From: an uncultured bacterium
Lineage (GTDB): Bacteria; Chloroflexota; UBA5177; JANWHV01
Direction: 5' to 3'
NCBI GenBank assembly: GCA_963827235.1
Contig: CAWHAE010000009.1
Coordinates: 1 to 64,000, forward strand
DNA length: 64,000 nt
Shown here: positions 59,793 to 64,000 of the stretch, in pieces
Layout of the letters: each line of letters starts with the position of its first letter
Numbering within the stretch: the stretch's first letter is position 1
Program-made: the position numbers and the translations under genes
The notes under the pieces: generated by a model
Told to the model about the DNA's origin: nothing
Seen by the model: only the letters and a program-made list of their open reading frames with translations
The model's database searches: none

Positions 59793-61130
59793 CTAGCGCA
59801 CCAGCCAGAGCGTCGGCCGCTCGATGAACTCCTTCACCCGCCGCAGAAAGCGGGCCGCCGGCGCGCCATCGACCAGCCGATGGTCAAACGTCAGGCTCAG
59901 GGCCAGCATCTTGCGCGCCGCCAGGGTGCCGCGCTCCTCGTCCACCACCACCGCCCGGGCCACGATGCGCCCCACACCCAGAATGGCACACTCGGGCAGG
60001 TTGATGATCGGCGTGAAGGCGTCCACCTCGTACATGCCCAGGTTGCTGATCGTGAACGTGCCCCCGTGCAGGTCCTGGGCCGTCAGGCGCCCGCTGCGCG
60101 CCGCCGCGATCAGCGCCGCCGACTGCGCGGCGATGCGGCGCACCGACAGGGCGCCCACGTCCCGCAGCACCGGGGCCAGCAGGCCGCGCTCCGTGTCCAC
60201 CGCCAGCCCGATGTTGACCGTGCCGTGCTGCACGATCGTCTCCCCCTCCAGCGAGGCGTTCAGCGCCGGATGCTCGCCCAGGGCCAGGGCCACCAGCCGT
60301 GCCAGCAGGTCGTTGTAGGACACCGCTCCCTCCCCCGCCGCCGCCCCCTCCGCGTTGATCGCCTGCCGCAGCGCCACCAGGGCCGTCGCCTCCGCCTCCG
60401 TGGTCAGGGTCACCGGCGCCACCGTGTGCGCGCTGGCGCTCAGCCGCTCGGCAATCAGCCGCCGCACCCCGCCGACCCGCGCGCTCGCTGCCTCGGCGAC
60501 CGGCGCCGCCCCCTCGGCCGCCTGCGCCACGTCGGCCCGGGTCAGCCGCCGCCCGCCCGTGCTGGCCGCCAGCGCCGCCACGTCCACCCCGGCCTCGCGC
60601 GCCAGCCGCCTCGCCAGCGGCGTCACCCGTGCCGCCGGCTGCTCCGCCGCCGCCCGCACGTCGCGCTCCACGATGCGGCCCGACTGCCCGCTGCCCTGCA
60701 ACGGCCGCCAGTCCACCCCCAGCTCCCGCGCCACCCGCCGGGCCCGCGGACTGGCCGCTGCCGCCTCGCGCGTCTGGGCCGGCAGCCTCGTGTCCCCGCT
60801 CGGGCCGGCGACCGGTGCCTGGGCGCTCTCGGCCGCTGCCGGCCGGTCGACCGCCTCGGGCTGGCTGGGGCCGGGCAGGGCCTCGCCGGGAGCGAGCAGG
60901 TAGCCCAGCACGGTGCCCACCGGCACCACCATGCCCACCGGCGGGCAGCCGGGCGCGATGCGCAGGATGCCGCGGTCGATGGACTCCACTTCGGTGACCA
61001 CCTTGTCCCCTTCGACCAGGCAGACCACGTCGCCGACCTCGACCTGCTCGCCGTCCTGCTTGCTCCACTCCACCAGGCTGGCTTCATTGCCGCCCCAGCC
61101 GAGCCGGGGCATCACGATGTCTACCGCCAT
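59793..61130 (-). CDS. Dihydrolipoamide acyltransferase E2
   Basis: Lipoyl VEGDKV, two peripheral subunit-binding repeats (SPRARRVA, TPLARRLA), DHRLVDG. Confidence 0.93.
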   Translation of the reverse strand: MAVDIVMPRLGWGGNEASLVEWSKQDGEQVEVGDVVCLVEGDKVVTEVESIDRGILRIAPGCPPVGMVVPVGTVLGYLLAPGEALPGPSQPEAVDRPAAAESAQAPVAGPSGDTRLPAQTREAAAASPRARRVARELGVDWRPLQGSGQSGRIVERDVRAAAEQPAARVTPLARRLAREAGVDVAALAASTGGRRLTRADVAQAAEGAAPVAEAASARVGGVRRLIAERLSASAHTVAPVTLTTEAEATALVALRQAINAEGAAAGEGAVSYNDLLARLVALALGEHPALNASLEGETIVQHGTVNIGLAVDTERGLLAPVLRDVGALSVRRIAAQSAALIAAARSGRLTAQDLHGGTFTISNLGMYEVDAFTPIINLPECAILGVGRIVARAVVVDEERGTLAARKMLALSLTFDHRLVDGAPAARFLRRVKEFIERPTLWLVR

Positions 61131-61437
61131 CTCGCCACCCTCGTCGTCCTGCCCCTCGCCCCACCGCGCCTGCACGCCCCGGCAACATCAGTCAACAGTA
61201 TACACAGCGCTACCGCCCGGTGCAATGCCACCCCCTGCTGCCCGGCGCCGCACCCACGCGCTCGCTCGCCACGGCACGCGCGGTGACCGTGGTCGCAGGA
61301 GGCGGCCATGACCACGGGCGCACCGCTCCCGCCGGGCGAGCACGGCTGTTCTCCCCGGCGAACCGCTCCGCCATCCCGGCCGGCCCGCCCGCTACCCGAA
61401 CGAGGTACCGAGGGCCGGCCGGACGCTCGCCGCGCGG

Positions 61438-61518
61438 CTAGCCGGGCAGGTGCATGCTCACCGTCAGCCCGCCGTCCGCGAACAGCACGGCGCCCGTCAC
61501 GTACGAGGCGCGCTCCCG
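61438..61518 (-). pseudogene. C-terminal remnant of an SDR oxidoreductase
   Basis: ASYVTGAVLFADGGLT followed by a stop; typical SDR tail with no upstream body. Confidence 0.65.
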
Positions 61519-61601
61519 GTGCAACCGCAAGCGACGTGCTCTGATCTCTCCCGCCGTGCGGCGGGCCGTGGCCGGGCATCTGCCCGAGCCGCCGGAAGCC
61601 G

Positions 61602-62375
61602 CTAGCGGTGTGCCGCCGGCTCGGCGGCGAGCGCCCGGCCTGCAGGCGGTGCAGCCGTCGCGTGAGGGGTGGCGGGCCGCCGTCTGCGCTTCGGCTGGGC
61701 CGCCGTCTTGCTCGCCATGGCGCCGATGGTGATGCCCTGCCCACCGGTGAGATGGTCGTAGAGCAGCGCCTTGGCCGTCGCCGGTTCGTGCTGCTCGAGT
61801 GCGGCGACGATCGGGCGGTGCCCCGACACGGCCTTGGAGATGTCGTCCGCGCTCGTGTCGGCTATGTCCAGCGTGGTCTCGATCAGTGTGGCCAGCGGCT
61901 CCCACGCGCTCCGCACGGCCCGGTTGCCCGAGAGCACGATCAGTGTGCGGTGGAAGGCCATGTCGGCGGTCGCAAACGCCTCCACGCGGCCCGCGGCCAC
62001 CCCCTGCTCCATCTCGTCGATGTCGCGGTACAGGTCCGCTGCCTCTTCCTCCGTGATGCGCATGGCCGTGCGCTGAATGGCCAGCGTCTCCAGCGTCAGC
62101 CGGCACTCGTAGATGTCGGCGATGTCCTGTTGCGTCACGCCCACCACGTAGGCGCCGCGCCGCGGCTCGCTGCGCACCAGTCCTTCTCGCTCGAGCTGGG
62201 TGATCGCCTCGCGGATCGGTAGCCTGCTGACGCCGAAGCGCCTGGCCAGGGCCGGCTCTTTGAGGCGGTCGCCGGGAGCAAACTCCCCCAGCACGATGGC
62301 GCGTCGCATCGTCGCAGCCACGCGTTCCCACAGTGCTTCAACCCGCACAATATCCGGCTTGTTGGCACTCAACAT
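61602..62375 (-). CDS. GntR (FadR/FCD) family regulator
   Basis: PGDRLKEPALARRFGVSRLPIREA, DMAFH. Confidence 0.92.
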   Translation of the reverse strand: MLSANKPDIVRVEALWERVAATMRRAIVLGEFAPGDRLKEPALARRFGVSRLPIREAITQLEREGLVRSEPRRGAYVVGVTQQDIADIYECRLTLETLAIQRTAMRITEEEAADLYRDIDEMEQGVAAGRVEAFATADMAFHRTLIVLSGNRAVRSAWEPLATLIETTLDIADTSADDISKAVSGHRPIVAALEQHEPATAKALLYDHLTGGQGITIGAMASKTAAQPKRRRRPATPHATAAPPAGRALAAEPAAHR

Positions 62376-62712
62376 CCTCTACCGTTCTCCCGATTCACAT
62401 CCGTGCGCACCTTCAGCGGTCAGGTACCCGCCCGTGCCGGCCTCCGGCGAGGCGGTGCAACCCTCGGCACTCGGTACGAAGCTACCCCACAGTGTATGGG
62501 ACGGTGACAGCTTTATCCGATCGAGCGCGTGATGCCTCTATCGCCGTTCGATCCTCACGTCAAGGCCACCGGGTACTCAGGACCATGATGCAGCCATCAA
62601 TCCCGGGTACCCGATGCGCGAGTCTGCGCACTGCGCCGGCTCGACGTTCACGCGCCGGCGGCGGCTTCTTCGCGGCATGCCTATCGGCGCCGTTCGCCGC
62701 CGGTGCCTGTTG

Positions 62713-63630
62713 CTAGGCCGCGACCGACCGATGCCGCAGCACGATCTCGGCGACGGCACGCCGGGTGGTCTCGTCGGGCCGCTCCAGCGGCAGGGCAGGC
62801 CGCCCGCTGCCAAAGCCCAGCGCCGCCGCCGCCAGCTTGGCCCCGGTCAGGAAGTGCCCATACTGCTCGATGCGCGCCAGGTCCGCTGCCTCCGCCTGCA
62901 GCCGCGCCACCGTGGCCCCATCCCCCGCCCTGGCCGCCGCGAAGAGCGCCACGTACAGCCGCGGCGCGAAGTTGGCCAGCCCGGGCACCAGCCCGTCGCC
63001 CACCGGCGGCGGCGTCTGGTTCATCAGCTTGCCGCTGCCCTGCAGCACCCGGAAGTGCGGCTGCTCCGCCTTGATGGCCAGGAAGCGGGCGAAGGCGCCC
63101 CCGTCCTCGGCCGAGTCCTTGATCCCGATCACCCGCCGCTCGCTCGCCAGGGCCGCCACCGTCTCGGGCAGCAGGATGTTGTGCGTGCACTGGGGGATGT
63201 TGTAGAGCATCACCGGCAGGGCACAGGCCTCGAGCAGCCGCTCGATGTGTCGCTGCTGGTCGGCACCGCTCACGCCGAAGTAGTAGGGGGAGCCGGCCAC
63301 CAGCACGTCCGCCCCTGCCGCTTCCGCCTGCCGGGCCGCCTCGCAGGCCGCGCTGGTGCCCGGCAGCATCACCCCGGCCAGCACCGGCACCCGCCCGGCG
63401 GCGGCGTGCACCGCGGCGGCCAGCACCGCCCCCCGCTGCGCCGTGCTCAGCCAGGCCCCTTCGCCAAAGCCCCCCAGCACGAAGAGTCCGGCGCAGCCCC
63501 CGGCCAGCACGTAGTCCACCAGGCCGTGCATGCCCCCCGCGTCCGGCTCCCCCTGCTCGTCCAGCGGCGAGACCAGCGGCGGGATCACCCCGCCCAGGCT
63601 GATGCGCCTGCCCGCATTCTGCTCTGCCAT
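62713..63630 (-). CDS. DapA/NanA family aldolase or dehydratase
   Basis: GVIPPLVSP, LGGFGE, LYNIP, IGIKDS (Schiff-base Lys). Confidence 0.9.
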   Translation of the reverse strand: MAEQNAGRRISLGGVIPPLVSPLDEQGEPDAGGMHGLVDYVLAGGCAGLFVLGGFGEGAWLSTAQRGAVLAAAVHAAAGRVPVLAGVMLPGTSAACEAARQAEAAGADVLVAGSPYYFGVSGADQQRHIERLLEACALPVMLYNIPQCTHNILLPETVAALASERRVIGIKDSAEDGGAFARFLAIKAEQPHFRVLQGSGKLMNQTPPPVGDGLVPGLANFAPRLYVALFAAARAGDGATVARLQAEAADLARIEQYGHFLTGAKLAAAALGFGSGRPALPLERPDETTRRAVAEIVLRHRSVAA

Positions 63631-63678
63631 GTGCTCTCCGGTCCCTCTCTCTCTGCCCTCATCCCTCGCCTGCCGCCC

Positions 63679-64000
63679 CTAGACCACCCCGTTGACGCAG
63701 TTGGGCACCCGCTCGCCCCGCAGCGCCGTGGCCACCGTCTGCGCCACGCTCGCCCGCAGGCTGCTCACCGCCCGCGGACTGGCCGAGGCCACGTGGCTGG
63801 TGATCACCACGTTGCCCATGCGCCGCAGGGCGCTCTCCGCCGGCAGCGGCTCCGGGTCCGTCACGTCCAGGGCGGCACCGCCCACCCGGCCCGCGGCCAG
63901 TGCCGCCTCCAGGGCCGCCGTGTCCACCAGCGTGCCCCGCGCCATGTTTACCAGCAGCACGCCCTCCTGCATCCCGGCCAGCGACCGCGCGTTGATCATC
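63679..64000 (-). CDS. D-2-hydroxyacid dehydrogenase, C-terminal part (5' end lies beyond the window)
   Basis: LVNMARG, AALDVTDPEP, TSHVAS. Confidence 0.88.
   Translation of the reverse strand, partial: MINARSLAGMQEGVLLVNMARGTLVDTAALEAALAAGRVGGAALDVTDPEPLPAESALRRMGNVVITSHVASASPRAVSSLRASVAQTVATALRGERVPNCVNGVV

Noticed and set aside
57684-61286. 1200-aa plus-strand ORF
   Set aside because: Antisense shadow of the GC-rich E1/E2 genes; low-complexity Pro/Arg translation.

Overview
High-GC bacterial chromosomal window. The host is probably Chloroflexota; this is inferred from a Chloroflexi-type small SYLLRLW protein beside a SARP/BTAD gene and from the family-B polymerase type, and is not proven. 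No rRNA, tRNA, CRISPR array or intact transposase was recognised. The window is dominated by carbohydrate catabolism: GH20, GH29, GH38, GH78, GH13 and GH36 glycosidases, a sugar ABC transporter, a Gfo/Idh/MocA oxidoreductase, an ADP-ribosylglycohydrolase-fold protein, three URO-D/MT2-fold paralogues, DUF1638, and an E2-E1a-E1b 2-oxoacid/acetoin dehydrogenase cluster with GntR and a DapA-family aldolase. It also carries argC, an aminotransferase, a glyoxylate reductase, TetR-MMPL and MarR-MBL divergons, polB, an orphan Nmad3 gene and many gene remnants or frameshifts. The strongest signal is a rifamycin phosphotransferase gene (rph) preceded by an RAE-like palindrome that forms two back-to-back sigma70-like promoters, each with a 19-bp spacer, followed by a structured leader. 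Other leads are the recurring URO-D/glycosidase association and a (TGTCC)10 microsatellite in a SARP divergon. All calls come from motif recognition by eye; no searches were run.
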